64,000 bases of DNA, from the NCBI GenBank assembly GCA_001784435.1, contig MFQZ01000010.1, positions 169,960 to 233,959 of the forward strand, read 5' to 3'. How positions within the stretch are numbered: the first letter of the stretch is position 1; every line of letters begins with the position of its first letter. Below, in pieces: positions 48,299 through 58,120 of the stretch. The notes under the pieces are model-generated. The model saw nothing but the letters and a program-made list of their open reading frames with translations, had not been told where the DNA came from and did not search any database. The translations under genes were made by a program, and so were the position numbers. Source of the DNA: Candidatus Magasanikbacteria bacterium RIFOXYC2_FULL_42_28. Its GTDB lineage: Bacteria; Patescibacteriota; Patescibacteriia; Magasanikbacterales; GWA2-37-8.

Positions 48299-48388
48299 AA
48301 ATACACTATACCACACAAAAGTCATTTTTGTCAATGTTTATCCACAGGTGGTAAAATTTCAAAAAAACAGATGAATTATATTAAAATT

Positions 48389-51373
48389 ATGAAAAATGAT
48401 TTGGTAAATGAATACATAAAATCAATCACCGAAAAATATCAGTCCGGCCAAGCCAAAGAACATGCCTATCGTCCGGCATTACAAAAATTGTTTACCGACA
48501 TTACCGGTCTGAATGTCATCAACGATCCCAAACGAAGCGAATACGGCGCGCCGGATTTTTTGTTTATGAAAGGAAAAGTCGCCGCCGCTTACGCCGAAGC
48601 CAAAGATATTGGCGTATCGCTTGACGAAACCGAAAAAGGCGAACAACTTGCTCGCTATTTTGGCTATTCCAATTTAATTTTAACCGACTGTTTAGAGTTT
48701 AGATTTTTTCGTAATGGGCAAAAATATGAGGCGGTAAAAATTGCCGAAATTAAAAATGGCGAAATAGTCGCTGACGAAAACAATTTCGCGCATTTGGAAG
48801 ATACCATAAAAGAATTTATCAATGAAGCCAAAGAGCCGATAAAATCCGGTGCGGTGCTCGCTAAAGTGATGGCTGGCAAAGCGCGTCGTATTCGCGATAA
48901 TATCAAGAAATTTTTACATGACGGGGACACGCAAACCAATGAGAGTTTGTTGTCGGTGTATAATGTGATAAAAAAATTGTTGCTGGCCGATTTGGATTAT
49001 GACAAATTTGCCGATATGTACGCGCAAACAGTCGTGTATGGATTATTCGCGGCGCGTTATCATGATGAAACGCCCGACACTTTTTCCCGCCAAGAAGCGC
49101 GCGATTTGGTGCCGGTTTCAAATCCATTTTTGAGGCACTTTTTTGACCATGTGGCCGGACCGTCTTTTGACAAGCGCATTGAGTTTATTGTCAACGAACT
49201 TTGTGAGGAATTTGTCCACGCCGATGTGCAGGCGATTGTTCATGATTATTACAAAGTGGAAAAAGACGATAGCCGTGATCCGATTATTCATTTTTATGAA
49301 GATTTTTTGCAAGAATATGATTCGGCGGAACGCAAAAAGATGGGCGTATTTTATACTCCCTTACCGGTAGTGCGTTTTATCGTGCGCGCGTTAGATGATG
49401 TTCTCAAAAAAGAGTTTGGTTTAAATGGTCTGGCGGATTCTGCTAAAATTGAAATTAATAGTGTGAGCCAAGGCAAAAAGTTTAAACAGAGCGTTCACAA
49501 AGTTCAAATTTTGGATCCGGCCACCGGCACCGGAACATTTTTGAATGAAGTTATTTCGCATATTAAAAAATCTTTTGACGGCCAAGAAGGCCGTTGGGCG
49601 AATTACGCGCGCGAAGAATTATTGCCGCGTTTGCACGGGTTTGAAATTATGATGGCGTCATACACGATTGCCCATCTTAAACTGACGACTACGCTTAAAG
49701 AAAGTGGCGTAGATATTAACAGGGGGCGACTCGGAGTATATCTTACCAATAGTTTGGAAAAAGCTGAAAGCTACGATGATACTTTATTCGCAGGTTTAGG
49801 TTTGGGGCAGGCGATTACCGATGAGTCCATCGCGGCGAATAAAGTAAAAAATGATTTGCCAATTATGGTGGTGTTAGGGAACCCGCCGTATAATGTTAGT
49901 TCGCAAAATAAAGGCGAGTGGATTGGCGAGCTGATAAAAGATTATAAAAAAGATTTAAATGAGAGAAATATTCAACCTCTGTCGGATGATTATATTAAAT
50001 TTATTCGTTTTTCACAGTATCTGATAGATAAAAATGGCGAGGGAGTTATCGGGATGATAACCAACAATTCGTATATAGACGGCATTACCCACCGGCAAAT
50101 GCGCAAGTCGCTGTTAGAATCGTTTGACAGTATTTATATCTTGGATTTACATGGTAATGCCAAGAAAAAAGAAGTCGCGCCGGATGGTAGCGCCGATCAA
50201 AATGTATTTAGTATTATGCAAGGCGTATCCATCGCAATTTTTGTGAAAAAATCCGCCAAGAAAAAAACGCTCGGTGTGGTTTATCACGCCGAAATGTTTG
50301 GTAAACAAAAAAATAAATATGAAGCGTTAGATAATTCTGATTTTGAGAAAATGAAGTGGAACAAGATTAAGTATGAAGCGCCGTATTATTTCTTTGTGCC
50401 CAAGGATTTTGGGGCGAGCGAAGAATATGAAAGCGGATTTAAGTTAGACGATTTCTTTAGTATAAAGGCAGCGGGAATTAAAACTCATCACGATGATATT
50501 GTGATTGCATTTTCTGAAGATAATCTTAAAAAACAGATTTTGAATTATTGTGATAGCTCTAATTTCATATTTGATGTTGAAAAAATTAAAAAAATTTGTT
50601 ATAGGCCATTCGACGAGAGATTTTTGTATTATGACACAAAGATTGTCGTAAGACATAGAAAGGAGCAAATGAAACACTCTTTTTATTCTAATTTATCTCT
50701 TTTGGCTGGTAGGCAATCAAAATCAGATCAAATAAGTCATTTTTTTATTACCAATTTATTGTCTGAAATGAAAACAGCGGAAAGTACTACTGGATCTTAT
50801 CATTTTCCACTTTATCTCTACGCTGACGACGGCACCAAAATCCCAAATCTTAAAAAAGAAATCGTCCAAGAAATAGAGAAAATTACCGGCCCGATAACGC
50901 CAGAAAATATTTTGGATTATATTTACGCGGTTTTACACAGTCCTAATTATCGCGAAAAATATAAGGAGTTTTTAAAAATAGATTTTCCGCGCGTGCCGTA
51001 TCCAAAAGACAAAAATCAATTTTTTGCGTTAGCTAAGTTAGGCGAAGAATTACGCTATCTGCATCTGTTAGAAAGTCCAAAAGTAAATAGTTTTATTACC
51101 ACTTATCCGGTGGTGGGGGACAATATGGTAGAAAAAATTATTTACGAAAACGAAAAAGTATTTATCAATAAAACCCAATACTTTGGCGGTGTGCCCAAAT
51201 TGGCCTGGGATTTTTACATAGGTGGCTATCAGCCAGCTCAAAAATGGCTCAAAGACCGCAAAGGCCGAAAACTTACCAATGCTGATATAGAGCATTATCA
51301 AAAAATTATTGTGGTGTTGGTGGAAACGGGGCGGATCATGGGAGAGATTGATGGCGTGGGATTGATATTTTAA
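48389..51373 (+). CDS. Single-chain restriction-modification enzyme (type IIG/ISP-like N6-adenine methyltransferase with nuclease and specificity domains)
   Basis: N-terminal PDF...AEAKD nuclease motif, GVFYTP, ILDPATGTGTFL, GNPPY, C-terminal YIYAVLHSPNYR..DFPRVP..WDFYIGGYQ..QKWLKDRK. Confidence 0.9.
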   Translation: MKNDLVNEYIKSITEKYQSGQAKEHAYRPALQKLFTDITGLNVINDPKRSEYGAPDFLFMKGKVAAAYAEAKDIGVSLDETEKGEQLARYFGYSNLILTDCLEFRFFRNGQKYEAVKIAEIKNGEIVADENNFAHLEDTIKEFINEAKEPIKSGAVLAKVMAGKARRIRDNIKKFLHDGDTQTNESLLSVYNVIKKLLLADLDYDKFADMYAQTVVYGLFAARYHDETPDTFSRQEARDLVPVSNPFLRHFFDHVAGPSFDKRIEFIVNELCEEFVHADVQAIVHDYYKVEKDDSRDPIIHFYEDFLQEYDSAERKKMGVFYTPLPVVRFIVRALDDVLKKEFGLNGLADSAKIEINSVSQGKKFKQSVHKVQILDPATGTGTFLNEVISHIKKSFDGQEGRWANYAREELLPRLHGFEIMMASYTIAHLKLTTTLKESGVDINRGRLGVYLTNSLEKAESYDDTLFAGLGLGQAITDESIAANKVKNDLPIMVVLGNPPYNVSSQNKGEWIGELIKDYKKDLNERNIQPLSDDYIKFIRFSQYLIDKNGEGVIGMITNNSYIDGITHRQMRKSLLESFDSIYILDLHGNAKKKEVAPDGSADQNVFSIMQGVSIAIFVKKSAKKKTLGVVYHAEMFGKQKNKYEALDNSDFEKMKWNKIKYEAPYYFFVPKDFGASEEYESGFKLDDFFSIKAAGIKTHHDDIVIAFSEDNLKKQILNYCDSSNFIFDVEKIKKICYRPFDERFLYYDTKIVVRHRKEQMKHSFYSNLSLLAGRQSKSDQISHFFITNLLSEMKTAESTTGSYHFPLYLYADDGTKIPNLKKEIVQEIEKITGPITPENILDYIYAVLHSPNYREKYKEFLKIDFPRVPYPKDKNQFFALAKLGEELRYLHLLESPKVNSFITTYPVVGDNMVEKIIYENEKVFINKTQYFGGVPKLAWDFYIGGYQPAQKWLKDRKGRKLTNADIEHYQKIIVVLVETGRIMGEIDGVGLIF

Positions 51374-51579
51374 AGCGGAAGAGGTTGTATTTTTTGATCC
51401 ACAAAAGACACTAAAAGAGTGGAATGAGGGACTGGGTATATAGTGGGTTAGGTGATTGCCAAAAAAACTTATCCACAGGCCGATTTTATTAGGGATTTCC
51501 CTTATTTTCAAAAGAGTGTATACTATTACTGTGTATATCACAAGGTTTCATAACCTTTTTTATTCTTAACATTAAGTCT

Positions 51580-51861
51580 ATGGCAGGCATGACCAAGTCA
51601 GCCCTGTTGGCCGCTTTGGCGGAACAAACAGGTTTAGCGAAGAAGGATGTCGTCACCCTCACGGAGGCGATGACCGAATTGGCCTATAAAGAGGTCAAGA
51701 AATCAGGCGTATTCGTAGTCCCAGGTTTGGGCAAATTGGTAAAGGTGCACCGCAACGCGCGCGTCGGACGCAATCCAGCGACCGGAGCCACCATCCAGAT
51801 CCCGGCCAAGACCGTGGTGAAATTCCGCGTGGCCAAAGCTGCCAAAGAAGCGGTATTGTAA
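51580..51861 (+). CDS. hup: HU family DNA-binding protein
   Basis: MTKSAL, PGLGKL, ARVGRNPATGATIQIPAK.VVKFR. Confidence 0.95.
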   Translation: MAGMTKSALLAALAEQTGLAKKDVVTLTEAMTELAYKEVKKSGVFVVPGLGKLVKVHRNARVGRNPATGATIQIPAKTVVKFRVAKAAKEAVL

Positions 51862-51876
51862 TTTTTCAGACAAAAT

Positions 51877-51910
51877 AAAAATCTTCCGTAGACGTACGGA
51901 AGATTTTTTT
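51877..51910. terminator. Bidirectional terminator
   Basis: AAAAATCTTCCGTA-GACG-TACGGAAGATTTTT. Confidence 0.8.
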
Positions 51911-52950
51911 TACGCAAAAATTTTGGTAAGTTTCCAAAGGAAGGCGAGCAGGGCGAGGCCGGAAAGTAATAACGCCCAGGGGGTTTTAAAAATAAAGGCC
52001 AAGATCGCTATCACGCGGTATTGGATTTGCGCGCCGGATGGCAATATTTTGGCGATACCTTCAGCCGGTGGATATTTTTCTGATAATTTACTAAGTGTCT
52101 GCCAGAAAATCGGTTCATTGTTTTGGCCGGATTCGATAATTTTTTTTGTTTCAGCGCGTTTTTCTTCTAACACGGCCGCCACTTGTCCGATGACGCCGGT
52201 GTTAATGGGGGAGGTGGCAAAGGAAATTTTGTCGGCAATTGTGGACGGCAGAAATGATTTTGTCGGTTCGCTTGTTTCTGTTTCGTTAGCGGTTTGTTTA
52301 GTATTTTGGAAAATGTCAGTAATTTTTTGCGTGATATTTTCTACCGCGGTTTCTGCTATTTTTGTTTCAATTATATTTTCAACTGATTTTTCTTCGTCAG
52401 TAACTAACGGATCAGTGCCATTTTTTATTTCTTCTATATCACTTACGCGGTCATTGTCATCGTCTGGATCGGTGGCGTTGCCAATTTTGTCGTCGTCCGT
52501 GTCATGGTCAATTTCCTGGGCGTTGGTTATTGACTGCGCCGAAGGTGGCAATTCGATTGGTTCCGGTGTTTTTCCCGGCAGAGATTTTTTAGCATCAACT
52601 ATTTTTACTTTAATATTATGGTTTCCCGCTTCCACTTTCCAATCTGTCCATTTTTGGATTAATTGGCCACCGATTGACTCAAAATTTGTTTCCGAAATTA
52701 TTTTATCATTATCTGAAAATTGAATTTTACCGATTAAATCAAAGCCGGAATTATTTTGAAAAGCCGTATAGATCCGGATATTATCATTGGCGAAAAATTG
52801 ACTCTGTGAATACCAGATTCCATTGACAAAACCGGCGTTAACAGGCGTGGTTTCCGCATTAGCGGGGGAGACATGCACCCCTAAAAATATCACGCCGAGT
52901 ATCAGAATGAAAATTTTTTTGTTAATAGTTTTTGTTTGCGGAAAAAACAT
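51910..52950 (-). CDS. Surface protein: signal peptide, Ig-like domain, Asp-rich Ca-binding (TSP3-like) repeats, C-terminal TM
   Basis: DTDDDKIGNATDPDDDNDRVSDIEE..GTDP; hydrophobic N- and C-termini. Confidence 0.75.
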   Translation of the reverse strand: MFFPQTKTINKKIFILILGVIFLGVHVSPANAETTPVNAGFVNGIWYSQSQFFANDNIRIYTAFQNNSGFDLIGKIQFSDNDKIISETNFESIGGQLIQKWTDWKVEAGNHNIKVKIVDAKKSLPGKTPEPIELPPSAQSITNAQEIDHDTDDDKIGNATDPDDDNDRVSDIEEIKNGTDPLVTDEEKSVENIIETKIAETAVENITQKITDIFQNTKQTANETETSEPTKSFLPSTIADKISFATSPINTGVIGQVAAVLEEKRAETKKIIESGQNNEPIFWQTLSKLSEKYPPAEGIAKILPSGAQIQYRVIAILAFIFKTPWALLLSGLALLAFLWKLTKIFA

Positions 52951-53091
52951 AAGTAAAGCATGGATATTATACTAAAATTATCTGTTTGGGTCAATTTTTG
53001 CGCTATTGTTATTGGTGGGTTTAACTGTTAAAATACGAGGAATAAGGGGCGATATGAAATATTTTTGAGTTTATCATTGTAATATAATTAT

Positions 53092-53637
53092 ATGGCAGTA
53101 TCCACGAAATTGAATGACGAGGAATTGGCAGTGGCAGTGCGCGCGCGCGATAAGGAATTATACGCGGAAATTATTTTGCGCTATGAAACGAAATTGGCGC
53201 ATTATTTGCGTAAATATATTCGTAGTGGCGATGAGTTGGACGATGTTTTACAAGAGACCTTTATTAAGGCCTATCGCAACCTATTTGATTTTGACGAAAA
53301 TAGAAGATTTTCACCTTGGATTTATCGCATCGCGCATAATGAGGCAATTAATCATCTAAAAAAATACCGCAAAGAAATAATTTCTATTGAGCCGGAAGAA
53401 TTGGAGATTGTTGATAGTAAATTAAATTTAGCAGAAAAAGTGGATGGGGTTTTGGCAAAAGAAAAAATTGAGCGCGCGCTGTCGCAGTTAAAAAATAAAT
53501 ATCGCGATCCGCTAGTGTTGTATTTTTTTGAACAGAAATCTTACGAGGAAATTAGCGACATTTTACATTTACCGATTTCTACCGTGGGGGTGTTGATAAT
53601 GCGCGGCAAAGAAATTTTGAAAAAGTATTTAATTTAA
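53092..53637 (+). CDS. ECF RNA polymerase sigma factor
   Basis: DDVLQETFIKAY, FSPWIYRIAHN, SYEEISDILHLPISTV. Confidence 0.93.
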   Translation: MAVSTKLNDEELAVAVRARDKELYAEIILRYETKLAHYLRKYIRSGDELDDVLQETFIKAYRNLFDFDENRRFSPWIYRIAHNEAINHLKKYRKEIISIEPEELEIVDSKLNLAEKVDGVLAKEKIERALSQLKNKYRDPLVLYFFEQKSYEEISDILHLPISTVGVLIMRGKEILKKYLI

Positions 53638-53642
53638 ATTGT

Positions 53643-54422
53643 ATGGTAGAAAAAAATGACGTCGCCAACAAAGTAATGGAAAAAATTAAAGGTGGTAGCG
53701 TTAAATTGCGTTCCAAGTATGTTTTTATTTTGGAAAAGTTAAGCGCCAACGGCGCGCTGGTGTTAGTAGTCGCGCTCGCGGCGCTATTTTTTTGTCTGGT
53801 GATTTTTTATTTAAAAACTTCGGATAATTTAGCATATTTGTCTTTTGGTAGACGCGGGTTTAATCCGTTTATGCAGTCATTTCCCTATTTACTGTGTGGG
53901 GCTTTCGTTGGTTTGATTGGCGCGGGTGTTTATATTTTCAAAAAAAGCGCGACGGGTTTTCAGTATCCGGTAAAATATGTGATTACCGCTTTGGTGGTTG
54001 TAGTGGTCGCGGTGGGCGCGCTATTGGCATATATTGATGTCGGTGAACGTTTTGAGCGGCGCGTGTTTGAAAAGCGTGATTTTGGCGGGCGGATGTTTCG
54101 GCCGTTTTTACGTTCGGGATTAGACGAGCGCGCGGGTGGAATCGCGGGGAGAGTCGTGCAAGTTCGCGAAGGCGGGGCGTTAATTCAAACACCGCGAGGA
54201 GAAGAAACTGTTGATTTAACAAAATTAGAAAATTCTTTGTCGGAAAATTTATCTGATGGAATGTTTATCGTGGCGGTGGGTGACAGACGGGGAAAATTAT
54301 TTTTAGCGCGCGCGGCGAGAATAATCACCGCGGACGAAATGCCGATGATTGGACGCGGGGTCAATCGTCGTTTTGGGCCGATACCATCACCACGTTGCGG
54401 GAAAAGCAATCTTGGTTTTTAA
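53643..54422 (+). CDS. Membrane protein following ECF sigma (putative anti-sigma) with C-terminal OB-like/DUF5666-like domain
   Basis: Three TM segments, IAGRVVQV motif; starts 5 nt after the sigma stop. Confidence 0.6.
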   Translation: MVEKNDVANKVMEKIKGGSVKLRSKYVFILEKLSANGALVLVVALAALFFCLVIFYLKTSDNLAYLSFGRRGFNPFMQSFPYLLCGAFVGLIGAGVYIFKKSATGFQYPVKYVITALVVVVVAVGALLAYIDVGERFERRVFEKRDFGGRMFRPFLRSGLDERAGGIAGRVVQVREGGALIQTPRGEETVDLTKLENSLSENLSDGMFIVAVGDRRGKLFLARAARIITADEMPMIGRGVNRRFGPIPSPRCGKSNLGF

Positions 54423-54433
54423 TAATTATTTGT

Positions 54434-56197
54434 ATGCAAAAAATATTTGGTTGGATGTTACGACACAAATTGCGCGTTGGGTTAATAATTTTAGTAATTG
54501 GCGTGATTGGTTATTTTGGTTGGAATAAATTTTTTCCGCCGACTGTGACTATTCGCTATGTGGAAGGTGTGATTGAGCGCGGGGTGTTGTCCACGACCGT
54601 GAGCGGGAGCGGGCAGGTTTCGGCCACGAGTCAAGTAGATTTAAAACCAAAAGCGTCCGGCGATGTCATCGCGGTAAATGTTAAAGTCGGTCAAGAAGTT
54701 AAAGTCGGTACTTTACTTTTGTCGTTAAACGCGCGGGACGCGTTAAAAGCGGTGCGTGACGCGCAGGATAGTTTGGAAACGGCGCAATTGAGCTTGGCAA
54801 AATTAAAAGCGCCAACGGACGCGTTATCTTTATTACAGTCGGAAAATTCTTTAGCCCAGGCCAAAGAGTCACTTCTGTCTTATCAAAATAGTTTAATAAA
54901 ATCCTATGAAGATGGTTTTAACACAGTAACGAACGCGTTTTTAGATCTGCCGACTTTGATTACCGGTTTAGATGGTTTGTTGTTGGATTATGATTTTGAA
55001 AATTATTCCAATGTCAACAATGCGGATTGGTATTTAAATGGTGGTATTAATTCTGATCGTGAAAATGAATACAAAATGCGAGCTTATCATGATGATGTTT
55101 TTACGTCTTATACCAAAGCGCGTACCGCCTATGAAGCCAGTTTTGCAAATTACAAGACCACTTCGCGCGCTTCCAGTACTTCTACGATTGAAGCGCTGAT
55201 TTTAGAGACGTATGAAACGACCAAATTAATCGCTGACGCGGTAAAAAATTATAGTAATTTTATTGACGCGGTGAAAGATAGTATCCAAAATAACAGTAAT
55301 TTTTCTGTCCCAGCGACTGTCGGTACCCACCAAACTACGCTTAGTGGTTATACCGGCAAAACCAATTCGCATTTAAGCAACTTATTATCAATTAAAAGTG
55401 CCATTGAAACCGCGAAGAATAATATTGTGAATACCACGCGCGGTATCGCGGAAAAAACTATTTCTTTCGCTGATTTACAAACCGGTCCGGACGCGTTGGA
55501 TTTGCGCACGCAAGAAATTTCCGTGAAACAAAAACAAAACGCGCTGTTGGACGCGCAAATAAATTTATCGGATTATTCCGTACGGGCGCCGTTTAGTGGC
55601 GTGATCGCGGCCCTAACCGCCAAAAAGGGCGATTCAATTTCGTCCGGTTCTTCGGTGGGCACTTTAATTACCACCCAACAGCAGGCAATTATCGCGTTTA
55701 ATGAAATTGATGTAGCAAAAGTTAAAGTCGGGCAAAAGGCCTCGCTTACTTTTGACGCGGTGGAGGCATTGACAATTACGGGTGAAGTGGCGGAGGTGGA
55801 TACAATTGGCGCGGTTACCCAAGGAGTTGTGAGTTATAACGTAAAAATTGTTTTTGATGTGCAAGATGAGCGCGTTAAGCCGGGCATGACAGTAAGCGTT
55901 AATATAATTTTAGCCAGTAAGCCGGATGTTTTGCTTGTTTCCAGTGGCGCGGTAAAATTTGGTGGTGGTAAAAATTATGTGGAACAATTAGACGCAACGG
56001 GCGCGTCGGTAAAAAAAGAGGTGGTGATTGGCGAAAGCAATGATACTCAAACTGAAATTGTGAGTGGGTTAAATGAAGGTGACAAAATTATTACACAAAC
56101 AATTAGTTTGGCGGTAACGACTGCGCCCACAGCGACCGGTGGCGGTGGATTTGGTGGTAGTAACGCGGCCGGGGCGGCGTTTCGTGTTTTGCGTTAA
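54434..56197 (+). CDS. Membrane-fusion/periplasmic adaptor subunit (MacA/HlyD-like) with extended helical hairpin
   Basis: N-terminal TM, VSGSGQV, VKVGQEVK.G, VRAPFSGVI, NEIDVAKVKVGQ, KPGMT, EIVSGLNEGD. Confidence 0.9.
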   Translation: MQKIFGWMLRHKLRVGLIILVIGVIGYFGWNKFFPPTVTIRYVEGVIERGVLSTTVSGSGQVSATSQVDLKPKASGDVIAVNVKVGQEVKVGTLLLSLNARDALKAVRDAQDSLETAQLSLAKLKAPTDALSLLQSENSLAQAKESLLSYQNSLIKSYEDGFNTVTNAFLDLPTLITGLDGLLLDYDFENYSNVNNADWYLNGGINSDRENEYKMRAYHDDVFTSYTKARTAYEASFANYKTTSRASSTSTIEALILETYETTKLIADAVKNYSNFIDAVKDSIQNNSNFSVPATVGTHQTTLSGYTGKTNSHLSNLLSIKSAIETAKNNIVNTTRGIAEKTISFADLQTGPDALDLRTQEISVKQKQNALLDAQINLSDYSVRAPFSGVIAALTAKKGDSISSGSSVGTLITTQQQAIIAFNEIDVAKVKVGQKASLTFDAVEALTITGEVAEVDTIGAVTQGVVSYNVKIVFDVQDERVKPGMTVSVNIILASKPDVLLVSSGAVKFGGGKNYVEQLDATGASVKKEVVIGESNDTQTEIVSGLNEGDKIITQTISLAVTTAPTATGGGGFGGSNAAGAAFRVLR

Positions 56198-56198
56198 T

Positions 56199-56882
56199 AT
56201 GATTGAATTAGAAAAACTAACAAAAACTTATAATCTCGGCGGTAATCCACTCACAGTTTTACGTGATGTTAGTTTTAAAATTGACAAAGGGCAATTCGTG
56301 GCGATCATCGGGCCGTCGGGTTCGGGCAAATCAACCCTGATGCATATTTTGGGCGCGTTGGATCGGCCATCCACTGGCAAATATATTTTAGATGGTCAAG
56401 ATATTTCTACTTTAAGTGATGATGAACTCGCGGATATTCGTTCCAAGAAAATTGGTTTTGTTTTTCAATCATTTAATTTGTTGTCGCGCGCGACGGTTTT
56501 GCGCAATGTTACTTTGCCGTTTATTTATGACAAACGGGTGACACGCGCCGAACGTTTGGAAAAAGCGGTGAAGGCATTAACTGATGTTGGTTTGGAAAAA
56601 GAGCGTTGGAATCACTTGTCCAATCAATTATCGGGCGGACAAATGCAACGGGTGGCAATCGCGCGGTCGCTCGTAAATAATCCGGGTATATTACTGGCCG
56701 ATGAACCAACCGGAAATTTGGATTCAAAAATCGGTCAAGTGGTTTTGGAAACTTTTCAAAAATTAAATCGCGATCATGGCCATACGATTGTGTTAATTAC
56801 GCACGACCCGAGTGTGGCCACGGCCGCGCGTAGAATTATTGAAATTAAAGATGGTCAAATTGTTTCGGACAAATTAAAGTAA
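56199..56882 (+). CDS. ABC transporter ATP-binding protein (MacB/LolD type)
   Basis: GPSGSGKST, LSGGQMQRVAIAR, LADEPTGNLDS. Confidence 0.95.
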   Translation: MIELEKLTKTYNLGGNPLTVLRDVSFKIDKGQFVAIIGPSGSGKSTLMHILGALDRPSTGKYILDGQDISTLSDDELADIRSKKIGFVFQSFNLLSRATVLRNVTLPFIYDKRVTRAERLEKAVKALTDVGLEKERWNHLSNQLSGGQMQRVAIARSLVNNPGILLADEPTGNLDSKIGQVVLETFQKLNRDHGHTIVLITHDPSVATAARRIIEIKDGQIVSDKLK

Positions 56883-56886
56883 GAGT

Positions 56887-58110
56887 ATGTTATTTCAAGA
56901 TTTGATGGAAGAAACATTTTTTTCCGTGACCGCGAATAAATCGCGATCGGCTTTGACAATTCTCGGGATTGTAATTGGTATTAGCTCGGTGATTGCGATG
57001 ATTTCGGTGGGGCAGGGTGCGAGTCAAGATATCGCCAGTAGAATTTCCGCGTTGGGCACAAATTTATTAGTGGTGACGCCGGGCAATGCTCGTCAAAGTG
57101 GAGGAAATTTAGTGCGCAGTGGTAGTGGTTCGGCTACTAGTTTGACTTTGGAAGATGCCATTGCGGTCAAAAGCGTGTCCGGTGCTAAAATTGTCGCGCC
57201 CACTATTTCGGCGCGCAAACAAGTGACTGCGAAAGGTAAAAATACCAACACCAGTATCAACGGCATCGATGATCAATATTTTATTGTAAAAAATATTAAT
57301 TTAGCGCAAGGAATTGGAATTACGAGTGGGCAGGTGACAGCACGTTCCAAAGTGGCGGTGCTCGGGCCGACGACGCGCGATGATTTGTTCGGTGTGGACG
57401 CGAGCGTGGTTGGATTAAAAATTCGCATTGGCAGTCAAGAATATTCAGTGGTGGGTGTTACCGAAGCCAAAGGCGGGACGGGTTTTGGGAGTTCGGATGA
57501 TTTGATTTATATTCCGATTAGCACGGCGGCCCAATATTTAACCGGTTCACAATCAGTCAGCAATATTAACATTGAAGCTACGACCGCCGAGGAGATGACA
57601 ATGGTGCAGGCGGAAGTGATGGCGCTTTTGATGGCACGGCATCGGATTTCCGATCCACTATTAGCGGATTTTTCAATTTTAAATCAAGAAGATTTATTGT
57701 CTTCGGCATCATCGGTGGCCGGCACGATGACAATGTTACTCGGCGCGATCGCGGGAATTTCTTTGTTGGTTGGCGGTATTGGTATTATGAATATGATGTT
57801 AACAACCGTCACGGAACGCACCCGCGAAATTGGTTTGCGTAAATCACTGGGCGCGAAAAATCATGACATCAGCGCGCAATTTTTAGCCGAGGCCGTGGCG
57901 TTTACTTTTACCGGCGGGATTATTGGAATAATTTTAGGGTGGCTCGCGTCTTTGGCAATTCACCAGTTTTCCGGTTTAACCACAGTAGTAAATTGGGCGT
58001 CAGTTTCTTTATCGTTTGGAATCGCCGCCGTAGTTGGTTTGGTGTTTGGATATTATCCGGCCAAGCGCGCGGCGAAATTGGATCCGATTGAGGCGCTAAG
58101 ATATCAATAA
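56887..58110 (+). CDS. ABC transporter permease (MacB/FtsX type)
   Basis: RSALTILGIVIG, GGIGIMNMMLTTVTERTREIG, YPAKRAAKLDPIEALRY. Confidence 0.95.
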   Translation: MLFQDLMEETFFSVTANKSRSALTILGIVIGISSVIAMISVGQGASQDIASRISALGTNLLVVTPGNARQSGGNLVRSGSGSATSLTLEDAIAVKSVSGAKIVAPTISARKQVTAKGKNTNTSINGIDDQYFIVKNINLAQGIGITSGQVTARSKVAVLGPTTRDDLFGVDASVVGLKIRIGSQEYSVVGVTEAKGGTGFGSSDDLIYIPISTAAQYLTGSQSVSNINIEATTAEEMTMVQAEVMALLMARHRISDPLLADFSILNQEDLLSSASSVAGTMTMLLGAIAGISLLVGGIGIMNMMLTTVTERTREIGLRKSLGAKNHDISAQFLAEAVAFTFTGGIIGIILGWLASLAIHQFSGLTTVVNWASVSLSFGIAAVVGLVFGYYPAKRAAKLDPIEALRYQ

Positions 58111-58120
58111 GTTAAAACTA

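Noticed and set aside
48130-48354. 74-aa ORF overlapping the NYN 3' end as a protein antitoxin
   Set aside because: GTG start inside NYN, no recognisable features, and it runs through the hairpins and antisense promoter, which explain the region better.
11397-51477. DnaA boxes as oriC
   Set aside because: Boxes are single and dispersed, not clustered; no dnaA/dnaN or unwinding element nearby.
51923-52723. 266-aa plus-strand ORF
   Set aside because: Antisense shadow of the 51910..52950 surface protein, which has the recognisable motifs.
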